A DNA stretch of 64,000 nt from the human T2T-CHM13v2.0 reference genome, Homo sapiens, in NCBI RefSeq assembly GCF_009914755.1, contig NC_060937.1; one strand, given 5' to 3'. Shown piece by piece: positions 27,187-40,813 of this stretch. A program made the position numbers and the translations under genes. The notes under the pieces are model-generated. The model saw nothing but the letters and a program-made list of their open reading frames with translations, was not told the origin of the DNA and made no database searches. Each line of letters opens with the position of its first letter. Within the stretch, counting starts at the first letter, position 1.

Positions 27187-27750
27187 TCAAAGGGCTAAAA
27201 GAAGAACTACCATTTGACCCAGCAATCTCATTACTGGGCATATACCCAGAGGAATATAAATCTTTCTACCATAAAAACACATGCATGTGAATGTTCACTG
27301 CAGCACTAGTCACAAGAGTAAAGACACGGAATCAACCTAAATGTCCATCAATGACAGACTGGATAACAAAAATGTGGTACATATACACCATGAAATATTA
27401 TGCAGCCATAAAAAAAGAACAAGATCCATGTCTTTGGTGGGAACATGGATGGAGCTGGAGGCTATTATCCTTAGCAAACTAACACAGGAGCAGAAAACCG
27501 AATACAGCATGTTCTCACTTATAAGTGGGAGCTAAATGATGAGAACTCATAGACATAAAGAGGGAAACAACAGACTCTGTGGCCTACTTGAGGGTGGAAG
27601 GTGGGAAGAGGAAAAGGAGCAGAAAAGGTAACTATTGGGTACTGGGATTAATACATGGGTGATGAAATAATATGTACAACTAACCACCATGACATGTGTT
27701 TACCTATTTAACAAACCTTCACATGTACCCCTAACCCTAAAATAAAAGCA
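27187..27750 (+). mobile_element. 5'-truncated L1 (older L1PA/L1PB type): ORF2 end and 3'UTR
   Basis: GAACTACCATTTGACCCAGCAATC...GTTCTCACTTATAAGTGGGAGCTAAATG...AAAATAAAAG; ORFs at 27291 and 27341 are frameshifted ORF2 C-terminal pieces. Confidence 0.93.
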
Positions 27751-28399
27751 TAAAATATTCTAAGGGAAAGAAAATGTTCAACATTGTGCATTTAATTTGT
27801 ACCTTATAAAAAGTTGAAAAATATTAATATTATAATACCCTACTTCATACTTTAATACTTCTTTTTACTTTCTTCTGGTTCATTTTCTTCCTAAACTTTT
27901 TTTGGCAAATAATTTAGGAGGTTGCAGGTAAGAGCCTCTACAGAAAATGGCATTTGCAGATCAATGAGAACTTTTCCACAAATCAGATAAAGTTGTAGTT
28001 CAAGCTTGCTTTATAAAGCACCTGCTACAAAGTTTACCTTCTCTCTTTTTTGAGGTTGTTGATAGTCATCGATTACTACTCTGGTTGGCAGATATCCTGC
28101 ACTATCTTAGGTCTGTCATTATTTATTAACATGCGGATTTCTTCTTAAACTGAATACTTAAATGCTCTGTAGACATAAAAACAGAGATTGCAATTGTCAA
28201 AGCACATTTTGCTGTATACTAAACATGTGCGCTTTTTACTTACTTTATCAAGGGCCTACCTTTGAGATAGTTTCAAAACAGCTTGCTTTTACATGTACAA
28301 TTTTCATTTAAATTGTTTCTAAAAGTAACTTAACCTATCTAACTTTTTGGTAAAAGTGGTTCTGACAATAAAAATTATCAGTGTGAGGAAATCCTTTCA

Positions 28400-29100
28400 G
28401 TAGTGAAAGAGTGGCTGACTTATTCCTGCAGCCACACCCCAAAGGACAACTGATGAATGAAGATTATCTACCCATCTCTTCAGTCTATTCAGAGACCCTG
28501 GAATATGGAGTCAACGAGCTGTGGGGAGTCAACGAGCTGTGGGGAGCCAAGTGAAAGAGCAAAGTCAAGTTAAAATTATGAAGAGCAAAATAGGCCAGGC
28601 TCATGAATAAACACCTAAAGGAAATCATTTTGCCCAAAGGATACTGAAAAACTAAACATGGTTCGAGACAGAACCCTTGCTCCCAATGACAGTTCCCATA
28701 AGACCTGACTATATTCAGCCAAGCTTTATAATAAACCTCCCTTTTAGTTTATGAAATCTTGAGCAGGTTTCAGTTCCTTACAATCAATTATCCCTGTCTA
28801 GAATAGATATTGGTACCAAAGACATAGTACCAAGAAAGAGTCTCAAAGCCCCTTGTTTTGAGAAAGCAAGGAGGGAAAAGGCAGGAAGAACTAGGAAACT
28901 GTCTATAGTATACAGTGAAACTTGATGATTTATTTACTGTAAACTGGTGGGATCTAGATCAGACCGCTGAAAAAATAGTTTTGAGTACTTGGTAGTAGAA
29001 TATAAGGTAAATGCAGATATTCTTTATGGCATCAAATAAAGTTTTAGTAGGGAAAGTTTTGCTGTGGTCCATGGTGGCCATGCTGAATGCAGGCAATGAA
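28400..29100 (+). mobile_element. MaLR (MLT1-like) LTR with start of internal region
   Basis: AATAAACCTCCCTTTTAGTTTA...CAGGTTTCAGTTCCTTACAATCAA, then GATATTGGTACC; boundaries approximate. Confidence 0.55.
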
Positions 29101-30645
29101 AAGTAAGATGCCTACATTAGCATAAAGGCATATAGGATTGTCATCAGCAGAAAGAAAAAGGGGTCAAGGGTAAGGACAGCTAGATAATGGGGGAAGGTAT
29201 AGTATTATGTCTTACGTGAAAACTACCTTTTAGAGATTCCCAAAACAATCAGAGACATGGGGAGTGAGGGCTTCAAATGGATCAGGGAGTCAGAGAAAAG
29301 CCATTTTAAAAGCAGGTAGAGTTACAAAGAGGCCACTATGAGACATCTCATGACTCTATAACCTCCCGATCAAATTTTAATTTTGCTTATCTATATATGT
29401 CCTCTTCTAATTATTAAGAGTAAATTCTTTCAAAATTAAAAAGGTAATTAGGTGCCTGTTAAAAACAAATCAGGATTAGGAAGCCTGGGTTCCATTCCAT
29501 GGTATTTTGGAGGAGACGACAAAATCACAGGGAAGATTAAGTGATATAAATTGGAAAAGTAGGTCAAACTTTGCTGTTATATAAGAGGAAAATAAGATGA
29601 GACAGACACAGGATTAAACCTTACGAATAGTCCTGAGACATCAGCTGGCAGGAAACGTCTCTTTATCTTGTAAGAGTGCATGAGAAACAAAGAGACAGGG
29701 GGGTAGGAGGAAGAGAGTCATGAGAACACAGAATTATCTGAAAGCAATTCAGAAGACAGAAATATGAGGCAACAGCATTCATTAGTTTCCAAATATGCTT
29801 TTACAATCATTGTTCTCTACTCTGGGACAATTCTAAATACCTGACATCTGAGGAAAATAACTACACTGTTTGACACTGCTCTTCAATCTCTCTCTACAGT
29901 GAAATTTAAAAGAAATAACTTCTTTCACCCTCTGATGATTCAAGTAAAATGATTACAGGGTATTCACACTGCTACTTTGTACTAATGAAATCTGTCTTCA
30001 AAAGTTTAGATTTCTCCATTCTTTTCATTGAATAAGATAATCTCTCAGTTGATATTGTTTAAATTGGGTCAGAAGATAAACCTTGCCAAAAAAAGAGAAA
30101 AAAAGGAAAAGAAAGGACTTTTATTTAGGCTCTGACACAATTTATTATATTTGCAACTATACATAAAAGGAAGGAAGATGAAACCCAAACTTATAGTTGC
30201 ACCTTTATATAGCTGTCAAGAAACACAAACACTGCCACCCTGTATCTGATGACATTGGAGAGAAAAGTAGTTCCCAAATGATGTAAGGTTAAATCTACAA
30301 AGGTGAGGTGAATTGTGAGGGGAAGCATTTAGCAGGTGAAACCAATCAACACAGACAAGTAATCAAGGCAGCATTGTCGTTTTACTTTCTCAATAAAAGG
30401 TTTATACTGTTGGGCTTTGGGGACAGAGTAACTTAATAATTACATCAAATGTTTTCTTCACTTTGCCTGTCTACAGGTCGCTAAGTCACCAGTTGACACA
30501 AATCAGAAGGTTGATTATTCTAAGCAATCTCAGCTCAAATCTTCACTTCCCTTTGCTTTTATGACACTGTATTGTTAGTACCTGCTCACTTACCTGTCCC
30601 CTCCACCTGTCTGTAAATTCATTGAGGACAAGCAGTGTATCTAAT

Positions 30646-32198
30646 GCAGTGATTCTAAGAGTGTGGTTCCGGCACCAGCAGCAACAGCATTGCCTGGGAA
30701 ATGATCAGAAATCCAAATTCTTGGGTCCCACTCCAGATCTGTTGAACCAAAAATTCTAGGGTTGGGGCCTAGCACTCTGCTTTAAGAAGTCTTCTTGGGA
30801 TATAGACCCATGGAACAGAACAGAGCCCTCGGAAATAATACCACACATCTACAACCATCTGATCTTTGACAAGCCTGAGAAAAACAAGAAGTGGGGAAAG
30901 GATTCCCTATTTAATAAATGGTGCTGGGAAAACTGGCTAGCCATATGTAGGAAGCTGAAACTGGATCCCTTCCTTATACCTTATACAAAAATTAATTCTA
31001 GATGGATTAAAGACTTAAATGTTAGACCTAAACCCATAAAAACCCTGAAAGAAAACCTAGGCAATACCATTCAGGACATAGGCATGGGCAAGGACTTCAT
31101 GTCTAAAACACCAAAAGCAATGGCAACGAAAGCCGAAATTGACAAATGGGATCTAATTAAACTAAAGAGCTTCTGCACAGCAAAAGAAACTGCCATCAGA
31201 GTGAACAGGCAACCTACAGAATGGGAGAAAATTTTTACAATCTACCCATCTGACAGAGGGCTAATATCCAGAATCTACAAAGAACTTAAACAAATTTACA
31301 AGAAAAAAATCAAACAACTCCATCAAAAAGTGGGCAAAGGATATGAACAGACACTTCTCAAAAGAAGACATTTATGCAGCCAAAAGACACATGAAAAAAT
31401 GCTCATCATCACTGGCCATCAGAGAAATGCAAATCAAAACCACAATGAGATACCATCTCACACCAGTTTGAATGGTGATCATTAAAAAGTCAGGAAACAA
31501 CAGGTGCTGGAGAGGATGTGGAGAAGTAGGAACACTTTTACACTGTTGGTGGGACTGTAAACTAGTTCAACCATTGTGGAAGACAGTGTGGCAATTCCTC
31601 AAGGATCTAGAACTAGAAATACCATTTGACCCAGCCATCCCATTATTGGGCACATACCCAAAGGATTATAAATCATGCTGCTATAAAGACACATGCACAG
31701 GTATGTTTATTGTGGCACTATTCACAATAGCAAAGACTTGGAATCAACCCAAATGTCCATCAATGATAGACTGGATTAAGACAATGTGGCACATATACAC
31801 CATGGAATACTATGCAGCCATAAAAAAGGATGAGTTCATGTCCTTTGTAGGGACATGGATGAAGCTAGAAACCATCATTTTGAGCAAACTATCACAAGGA
31901 CAGAAAACCAAACACGGCATGTTCTCACTCATAGGTGGGAACTGAACAATGAGAACACTTGGACACAGGGTGGTAAACGTCACACACCGGGGCCTTTAAG
32001 GGGGTGGGGGGAGGGGGAGGGATAGCATTAGGAGATATATATAATGTAAATGACGAGTTAACGGGTGCAGCACACCAACATGGCACATATATACATATGT
32101 AACAAACTTGCATGTTGTGCACATGTACTCTAGAATAATTAAAAAAAAGAAGTCCTCTTGGTGATTCAAATATTCATTAATGGTTTTGAGAATCACTG
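30646..32198. mobile_element. MER5A-like DNA transposon split by an L1PA insertion (halves ~30646-30798 and ~32147-32198)
   Basis: GCAGTGATTCTAAGAGTGTGGTTCC...AGAAATCCAAATTCTTGGGTCCCAC; resumes as GGTGATTC...TTTGAGAATCACTG. Confidence 0.85.
30799..32146 (+). mobile_element. 5'-truncated L1PA (approximately L1PA5-6): ORF2 C-terminus, 3'UTR and A tail
   Basis: ORFs 31084-31485 and 31472-31945 are L1 ORF2 C-terminal pieces ([16 protein letters not shown]..., CWRGCGE...[16 protein letters not shown]) separated by a frameshift; 15-bp TSD AAGAAGTC(T/C)TCTTGG at 30784-30798 and 32147-32161. Confidence 0.98.
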
Positions 32199-33014
32199 GC
32201 AATGAATCACATTCAGACATAAAGCACAATACCTGGCACAATGTAGAATCTAGCAGGGAAAATTAGGCTTTTGGGGAACTCTATCTTTTGCTGCGGTCAG
32301 CAAAGAGATTCATATATAATCTCCCATTATGCTACATCCCATCCATCATATAGAAAAGTGAAACATTATCCTATTTACACTATGGATCTATGCTGCCCCT
32401 TTCTAGGATATTTGCAATGTTTTTTAAAATGCTAGAGATAGTAATACCTATTGTCTTGTGCAGGAATTAATTCAAATCAACTACATTTTAGACTAGAGGC
32501 ATTAGAGAAAGCTTCTGATTTAGATAACAGTTCTTTGTAGTTTCATAACACCCTGAATTGCAGTAGGGCATTTTCTAGATTTTCTTCTTTTTTCCACTGG
32601 GTGCTCCTTAATGCAATGTGTGCTCATCTCTTGGACCTCAGAGCCTAAAACCGTAAGTAGCAGGTAGAAGGTATTTAATATATATTACATGAATGAGTGA
32701 ATGAACCCTATAAAATCAACTTTTTCACTTTATGATTATTTAGTAATGAAGTTTATAAATACTTCTGTAATAAACTCAGTCTTTGGAAGTCCCCCAATAC
32801 AGATGCAGGTTGGAAAATAATAAGGCAATTGACATTAGCTAATACTATTACCAAAGTGTTCAGTCACTCTTTGCTGAAAAAATAAAACATTCTGGGGCTT
32901 CGGAGATTAGAAATATTTTACTAAACAGGATTATTATTCCTAATTATGCCCATTCTCTTCAAGATGAGCAGCTTCTTAGAAGTAATCGACCAAGAGTCAG
33001 AAAACACCACATAT

Positions 33015-33338
<324 letters not shown>

Positions 33339-34129
33339 TTAATGGAAGTTTAACTTTAATGTCAATGTTCTTAGGGCAGTAAGAAATAAGACAAATTAGC
33401 TGGAGACATTCAGCGGTCATTCTTTACTCCATATATTAGATGACATTCTCAAACAAATTCCAACATCTCATTAGTTAGATATGGCCACCACAACAACTTC
33501 TACAGTATTACTAACACACACCTACAACTCTTCTATTCACCCTCAAAGGGACAGAGAGGGACTTCAAAGACCAGGACACATTCTTTTCAAATCCACATTT
33601 TTAAATTGTAGAAAATAGAAAATAATCACTACCATAGGAAATTCGTAGATCTACAGAGTTTCATTGAGTATAATTTTAGAATACAATCTCACAAATTTGT
33701 ATAACAAGTTCTCATTATTCACCTTCACTCTTAATACCAATTTTACTTTTTTTTTTACTATCAACAGAGCACTTTTAAACTCACAACACATGAATCTAAA
33801 CCTATATAAAACAATGCCTTACTTTTTAATGATCAACATACTCATTACTCTTCACTATTCATGGATTCAATATTTTCCAGCCTCATGCCTACGAATTTTC
33901 CCATGTAATATGGAAAAATAAAATGGTCCCTGCAAAGGGACCCTTACAGCCAAACTATTCCCTAAATCCTACCCACTCTACCTGTAAGTATATCTCAAAT
34001 TTGTTCTGCAAAGAAATGGTCCCTGCCCTGAAGGAGTTTAAAGTGTAAGAAAAGTCAAAATCCATGTCCCAATCCAATTTTCCTTTTCTGCTTCATGAAA
34101 TTATATTTTATCTTTAAGTAATATAATTT

Positions 34130-35720
34130 GTGAATCTGCTTTCAATTTTATTGATACCCTCTTCTGATCCAATCCATGCCTGCAGGTACCATCCATGTGC
34201 TGATGGTTCACAATGTACACTTCACCTCTGCTGAGCTCCTGACTCATACAATCCACCTTCCACTGGACATGTCAGCATAGCTTTCAAAGCACTTCAAATT
34301 CAATATTCCTAAAACTTAACTTGTAATCTCCCCAAAAGCCTATTCCTGCTACTCAAATCTTTCCATATATAGTTTCCAAAGCAGTACACCTAGAACATTT
34401 TCTCAAACCTGACCACCCTCTTACCCTTTACAGCTAAACCATTTCCCAAATCCTGCCTATTCCAACTAATTTATACCTCGAATCTTCTACTTGACTCCAT
34501 CTCCATTGCCACTGCACTAGCCCAACTCACTTTTGTCTCTTACCTCAATCACTGCAATAGTTACTTAATTGGCTCCACTGCCTATGATTGTATGTTGTAA
34601 TCCAGGATCCTGGCATCTACATCCACAAACCTGATCATGTCATTCCCAAAGTCCGCACAGGGTCTCCTACGTCCCTTGGGAAAAGGTTTCTAGACCTTTA
34701 AAATAACCTCTAACCCTTGTTTGAAGTCTGAACAATTGACTCAGGTCTACAATGCCATATCTTTCTAGTTTCACCTCCTACCACTCACCTTTTCACCCTC
34801 TCTGTGCCAGCAAAACTGGCCTTCATTTTCCTAGCTAAACCATTTGTTTGTCTCATCTCAGGAGCTTCACCCATATCACTTCCTCTGACTATAATGCCTT
34901 CTCACATTTATTCCCCTCCAACCAGCTTTAACTTAAATAACACTTTTTTAAAGATACTCTGTCAGGTTGTATTTTTTTTTTTCAAAATGGTCACAGCACA
35001 GCAATATTTATAGTACCATTTGCTTTTCCAGAGCCTTGTACCTTGGCCATCAAGGGGTGGTGACTATTTCCCACCCAGTTGAACCTAGGCTAGTTTGGCA
35101 CAGCACCAACCGGTAGAGTATGGTGGAAGTGGATGCCATGTGATGCCCAGGGCTAGGTCCCAAAATGGATGCGGCTTCCATGTGACTCTCTTTTAGGACA
35201 CTCATCTTTGAAACTCATCCACAATGCTGTGAGAAATCTCAAACCACATGCAGAGGTCTTATATAGGTATTCTGGGTACTCTGGCCAGCAATCCTAGCTT
35301 AGATCCTAGCCAACAGCCAGTAGCAAATACTAGACAACTGAATAGATGTCCTCCAGAAGATTCCAGTCTTTTCCCTATAAATCTTCCCACTAAATCCGCA
35401 GACACCAGTCATCTCACTGTGCCCTATTTGGATTCTTTACTCACTGGATTTGTGAACATAATGGTGCTTGTCTGATGCTTGTTTGAAGTTAATTTGTTAT
35501 GTCTCTCTAGTAGTTAGAAAAGATGTTTCATCCTTCTCTGAGATTATGTATCCTGCTGTCACAGGTATACATAGCTCTCAAAGTACTTTTAAGTATGTCT
35601 TTAACGTCTACATCCCCTTGTGGTTTGGAAGTTTGATGAGGCTATGGATTCTATCAGTTTTGTTCACTACTATATTCACAGTGTAGATGTTCTGTAAATT
35701 TGTGTTAAATTGTTGAATGA
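34130..35720 (+). mobile_element. L2 fragment with a nested MLT1-like MaLR LTR (~35010-35510)
   Basis: L2-like CTCCTGACTCATA...CCACTGGACATGTC...CACTTCAAATTCAA and 3' end TTGTTGAATGAA; MLT1-like CACAATGCTGTGAGAAATCTCAAACCACATGCAGAGG. Confidence 0.65.
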
Positions 35721-38198
35721 AACTCTGTTAGAGATAAGAAAGAAGAGCTTGACATTCAGAAATTGAAAGAGAGGCTAAAATGAGTAGCAAAGAAATAGAG
35801 TGGCTTTTCAATAAATCTTTTAGAAACAAATAAAGATAAGACATTCTACTTCTGTGCTTTGGAATTGCATTTCAGTGGTATTTGTATTTGTGAGATGGGA
35901 GGAAGCTGAGGCACAGGTAAGATGGGTTAACAGCATATATTTTGGCATAAAGCAGAGCCAAGACCCTAAAGCCACGGAAATTGAAGAAGAGATGAAAAAC
36001 ACCTTAGAAAGTAAAAAAAAAAAAAAAAAAAAAAAAAGTCACCCAAAGGTTTTGGAAAGTCAAATATTCAAGTAAGTAAAGAAATGAGAAAAGGTATGAA
36101 AGAACATAGAAAGTCAAAACCAATATCAGAACCCTGTTGTCAGTAACTCCAAGTAACAAAATCCAAAAAAGTATTCACAATTAGATAGAGAACAAGGCAC
36201 AGAAACAAAAACCAAAGAACTTTTCTGACTGAGTACTGTCTTCAACAAAGAAAACAATTACAAATATTTCATTGAAATTGAAGTGGATAGAGGCCCTACC
36301 ACTTTCCTTCATATGAATATAGTACATCAAAATTAATAGTATAGATTTCTTCTAATGTCAGATGGGAAAACCATATAGGTAAGTTCTCTAATGCCATTCT
36401 CTCGACAAGGACTAAGCTCTTCACAGCTGATTTTTTCTTTTGTTGAATTTTTCAACATTCTAATTCTCAAGATAGCCTTATTTTAAGCTCATAACTTTAT
36501 GTTCAAGAAAACCTTGAATAAAGTTACTTGCATGACTCTTTAAAAATATCTGTGGGATTAAAAAATGGATAAGTAAACATCACAGATTCACTAGAAATCT
36601 GTAAAAGAAAATCAACATTTCTTCTGGACAAGAAAAGAGGGTAATAATAAGGTACTAATGTAGAAGAAAAGGCACAATCAGTTCTTTAAAGCTGCCTTCA
36701 AAACCAAGCACTTTGAGGTAATAAAATGCCTAGTCAAATAAGTTATCCTCAAAAGATGTCTACAGTGGATGGGAAAATGCCAGCTAAGCTTTGTTATAAA
36801 CATATGTAAGATAGTATATTAAGCCAAAAGTAATCCAAATCTCATTTACAATCTAATTGGGTCTCAGCTATCAGCAAAACTCAGGAAACAGAGAGGACTT
36901 TGTAGGTTGACAATCCCTAAAGGCATCAATGCAATGTGCTCCTTTTAGCTGGTGCCTTTAAAAAAAAGTCTTCCAAAACTCCACACTGAAAAAAGTACCC
37001 AGGCATGCAGACTCGATTCAAAAACTAATTCCTGAACTGCCCAAATCAATCTCACAGCTCATCCAGTCTTGCTCTAATTTCCCAGCTACGAACCTCAGTA
37101 TTTATTTCCCTTTAAGATACTGCTTTAGCTCTCAGATTTGATAACCTATGCAATCTCCAGGTAAAATCCCGCCCATCTGCCCACTGTAAAGCATCACCAA
37201 CAAACTTCCCAATATTAATACCTATTCTGTCTAGATGTGGCCCTTTGCCCTGAGTAGTTTCCTACCAAAGGTAGAGTCCCTCACAGGGAGAACAGGCCAT
37301 GAAATTCTGCTAGGTCAAAAGCAGAAATAAAGCGATGGGCATCATTATCAACACGCATTGTGGGGATATTCTGTCTCTCTTTATTTTAAGTGAGAATGCA
37401 TCTCATTTCTATCATGAAAACATAAAGAAAATCAAGGTTTACCTTGCTGAAATTTAGTTGTATGCATACTTTCCATATAGCATCAATGCCGGGAAAATTA
37501 TCTGAATTTTGCCTAATTTATGTTCATTTCACATGAATATAAATTTCACCATGTCCATTTCTCTGTGGATACAATTACATCACTGTATAATGTCCTTGGT
37601 TTAAATTACAGTATTGTCAAATTAGCAAGAACATAAACAGACAAGAACAGCAATAAAATGGTTAATATATATGCTTTCAAAGCTACAATATGTGCAATAA
37701 TACGTACATTCTTTGAATATACTTGTATCACATAACTGAAAAACAACTAATGAATGTGAATGTCTTCTGTCTTTCCATGTCTTTTAACTCCCACTGCAGA
37801 ACACCACTATCTAAATAACTGATCCTCATGGTTTCTAATTACAAAATGCCATATGCCTTTCTTTTAATTAAAATGATTTCCATATTATATCCAGTTTGCT
37901 TTATTAAGATGAAAACAAGGAAGAAAGCCTTATTGAATAGACTACAAGATGAGCATATAAGGCCTGACTTAATTCTACATGATATCACACATTCCTATGA
38001 ACTATTTTTTTATTCTGCCAAGTATCAGCAAAATCTGTTGGAATCAGAGGAGTCTGTAATGGAATGCTACAATTCCCTTTACATCCACGGTGTCCCAAAC
38101 ACAACAAAGGCAGATTTTTAAAACAAGTTGAGACCATTTGCTCACGCCTTGTATATACAAGTTTTCTAACTTACTTCAATTTGGTGCACAGTATACTT

Positions 38199-38212
38199 CT
38201 GCCATCTACTGG
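38199..38212 (-). promoter_or_regulatory. CTCF core motif
   Basis: Minus strand CCAGTAGATGGCAG matches the CTCF consensus CCASYAGRKGGCRS; lies in unique sequence. Confidence 0.55.
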
Positions 38213-38929
38213 AGCAATGAGATAGTATAGTTGCAATCATCTTGGCAGCAGTAAGAATCAAAACAGGAGCGATTAAACCAGATTAGCCAGACACTTTAAA
38301 GATAATTTCCTGGGGATCTAATACATAGAGAGGCAGAGAAAACCATCTCTTTGAAGATTTCTAGGACGGATACCTTCCAGCATTAGAGACCTTCACAGAT
38401 GCTTGAGAACCTTTTCTTTGTGGTAAGATTCTCTTTCCAAAGGCTCTTTTGAGATGCAAGGATGTCTGTTTCAAATACGCAACACCATAGGGAGACAAAA
38501 GAAAACTGTCCAGATTTCCAAATGCTGGAGGCCTAGATAATAGAGGGGAAAATGCATAGTCCAATATAATTATTAACATTTTCAGTAAATATTAATTTTG
38601 GTTGAGGATTCATTCTGACTTTTTCCATAAACAACATCAATCTGGCAATTTCTCCTTTATTCGATAGAAGGTTCCCCATGGTCTTCTTATATTTAGAGAA
38701 TACTTTTAAATTTTCACATTATTTTGAATTTATAATAGTATTTTGACCTAATTCTGTAAGTTCAGTATATCCAACCTTATACCATCATCTGAGAGGTAAA
38801 GAACAGAAGGGTAGAGAATTTGGAGCAGGCAGACTAGAAAATGCCCTCCTCCGAATACCACCTCCTAATATCCACACCCTGGGGCAATCCCCTTCTTTTG
38901 GCTGTAGACTGGAGCTGGACACTTGCCTC

Positions 38930-39421
38930 TGACAGTCTCTCCTCAGCCAAACTGTACTCAGGCTCCTCTGAATCCTCCTCCCAAATAGGCCTAGATTTGG
39001 GTCCCTTGCTTCACCTAATTTTAGCAAGAATTCTGTCAAGTTCTTTTAGCCAGAATCCTTCACTCCCATTATCTGATCACCCTCAATAACTGATCAATTC
39101 CTCATCCCCCACAACCCCACTGGTGATGTCTGATCACCTGGCCTGCCATTAGCAAGAACTTGTTAGGTTGGTTCAGCCCCCAATGCCCCCTTACCCCTGA
39201 TGCTTCCTGTTAGTAATTTTCCATCCACAAACCCACCTGCCCACCCTGGTTCTTGACTATAAATCCCCACTTTCCCTTGTTGGATTTTGGAGTTGAGCCC
39301 AAACTCGCTCCTTTACTGCAAAACCCCATTGCAGTAGTCTCTATACCTATGGCGGGAGTCCTGAATAAAGTTGGCCTTGTTGTTTTTACAAACATCATGA
39401 GTAATCTTCTTTCTTTAAACA
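38930..39421 (+). mobile_element. MER31-like ERV1 solo LTR
   Basis: TGACAGTCTCTCCTCAGCCAAACTGTACTCAGGCTCCTCTGAA...TTTAGCAAGAATTCTG...GAATAAAG...CTTTAAACA. Confidence 0.75.
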
Positions 39422-39517
39422 CATCTAACAAATAAAAAAATACATAGCAAAGGTAATGAACAGAATTGTTACTTCTGAGATTAGGTTTTAAAAGACAACT
39501 CCTGTCTTGCTGCTCAG

Positions 39518-39650
39518 TCTCTCTTTATTCCTCTCCCCTCCCCTCCCCTGCCCTCCCGTCCCCTCCCCTCCCCTCCCCTCCCCTCTCCTCTCCTCTCCTC
39601 TTCTCTCCTTCTCTCTCTCTCTCTCTTCTTTCTCTCTTTCTCCTGCTTTC
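39518..39650. repeat. Polypyrimidine (CTCCC)n/(CT)n tract
   Basis: CCCCTCCCCTCCCCTCCCCTCTCCTCTCCTCTCC... Confidence 0.95.
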
Positions 39651-40813
39651 TGGCTCTCAGGCTCCCTCTGGCTGTTCTCACTTGCTCACTCTGATGAAGC
39701 CACACCTCCATGTTATGAGCTGCCTGGAGTGCCACGGAGCTGGCAAGGAACAGAAGGAGACCTCTGACCAACATTCAGTGAAAAATAAGGCCCTCTGTCC
39801 AACAACCCTCAGGAAACTGAATCCTGCCAAAAATCATGGGAGTGAGCTTATTAGAAGTGGATCCCTCCTCAGATAACCCTTGAGGTCACTGAGGCCCTGG
39901 CATCATCTTGATTGCATTGTGACGGACCATGAGCCAAAAAAAAACAGCTAGGTCACATCCAGACATCTCACGCATAGAAACCAGTACATCATAAATATGC
40001 TTTTCATTTTAAGCTAATAAGTTTTAGAGTAATCTGACATGCAACAGTAAATAACTATGGCAAGAATATTAAGTGATTTCCCATAGATACCATCCTGGCT
40101 ACTTATAGAAAGGGAATGAACACTTTTCACATATCTCAATAAGTCAGTAATAGGTCTTATTTCAGCAAACCAAAAATTACGAAGGAATACGAGAAGAAAC
40201 AAGTTATGCAATGCAACAAAAGTACTGAGCACCTAATTTTTAAAGACCTAGATCATAAGGAAGAAAAAGTCAGTATTGTAAGGGAATAACACAGATAAAG
40301 AGGAATTAAGAGAGCAATGATTAGTGCAATAGATCTAAATGATAATTTCAATGTAAAGAAGGCCCAAAGAAGAATATGTTCCCTGAATAAAGATCAGGAA
40401 AGACTTTGTTGGACAAATGGTTTTTGAAACAAGATTTCCAGGATTTTTAAATGTGGAGTGAAATCTGAATAATTATTAAAACATGAGAAAAGGTACAGAA
40501 GGGAGAAAATAAGACATATTTAAGAGTAAAGAATTCATACGTGCAGAGACACTAAGGAATAAATCTGCAACAGTCACATGGGTGATTAGAGAGCCCTGAA
40601 TACCGGGTCTGAGAAGTGTGTATTTAATTCTTCAAGGATCCATTGAAATTTTTTGAGAGGTAGAAGGCTTTGATGAAATTAGTAACTTAAAAAATTTATT
40701 TTATACCAAAATGAAGGACAGGTCCAAATACGATTGGGAAAAATTGTAAAAGACTTTAAAATGGACCAAAAAGACTATTGGTGAATTCAGTAGCTAAACA
40801 CACATGCTGAGAG

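Larger units (their letters stand above)
38822..40055 (+). mobile_element. MLT1-like MaLR LTR interrupted by a MER31-like LTR and a CT-rich expansion
   Basis: ACTTGCCTC|...|TAACAAATA...GCAAAGGTAATG...GTTACTTCTGAGATTAGGTT; GGAAACTGAATCCTGCCAA; TTTTAAGCTAATAAGTTTTAGAGTAATCTG. Confidence 0.8.

Noticed and set aside
31084-31945. Reverse-transcriptase/retron-type novel system
   Set aside because: This is the frameshifted C-terminus of a 5'-truncated LINE-1 ORF2, lacking the endonuclease and RT domains.
39466-39876. Pro/Ser/Leu-rich 136-aa ORF and antisense Arg/Gly/Glu-rich ORF
   Set aside because: Translation of a (CTCCC)n simple repeat within a MaLR LTR.
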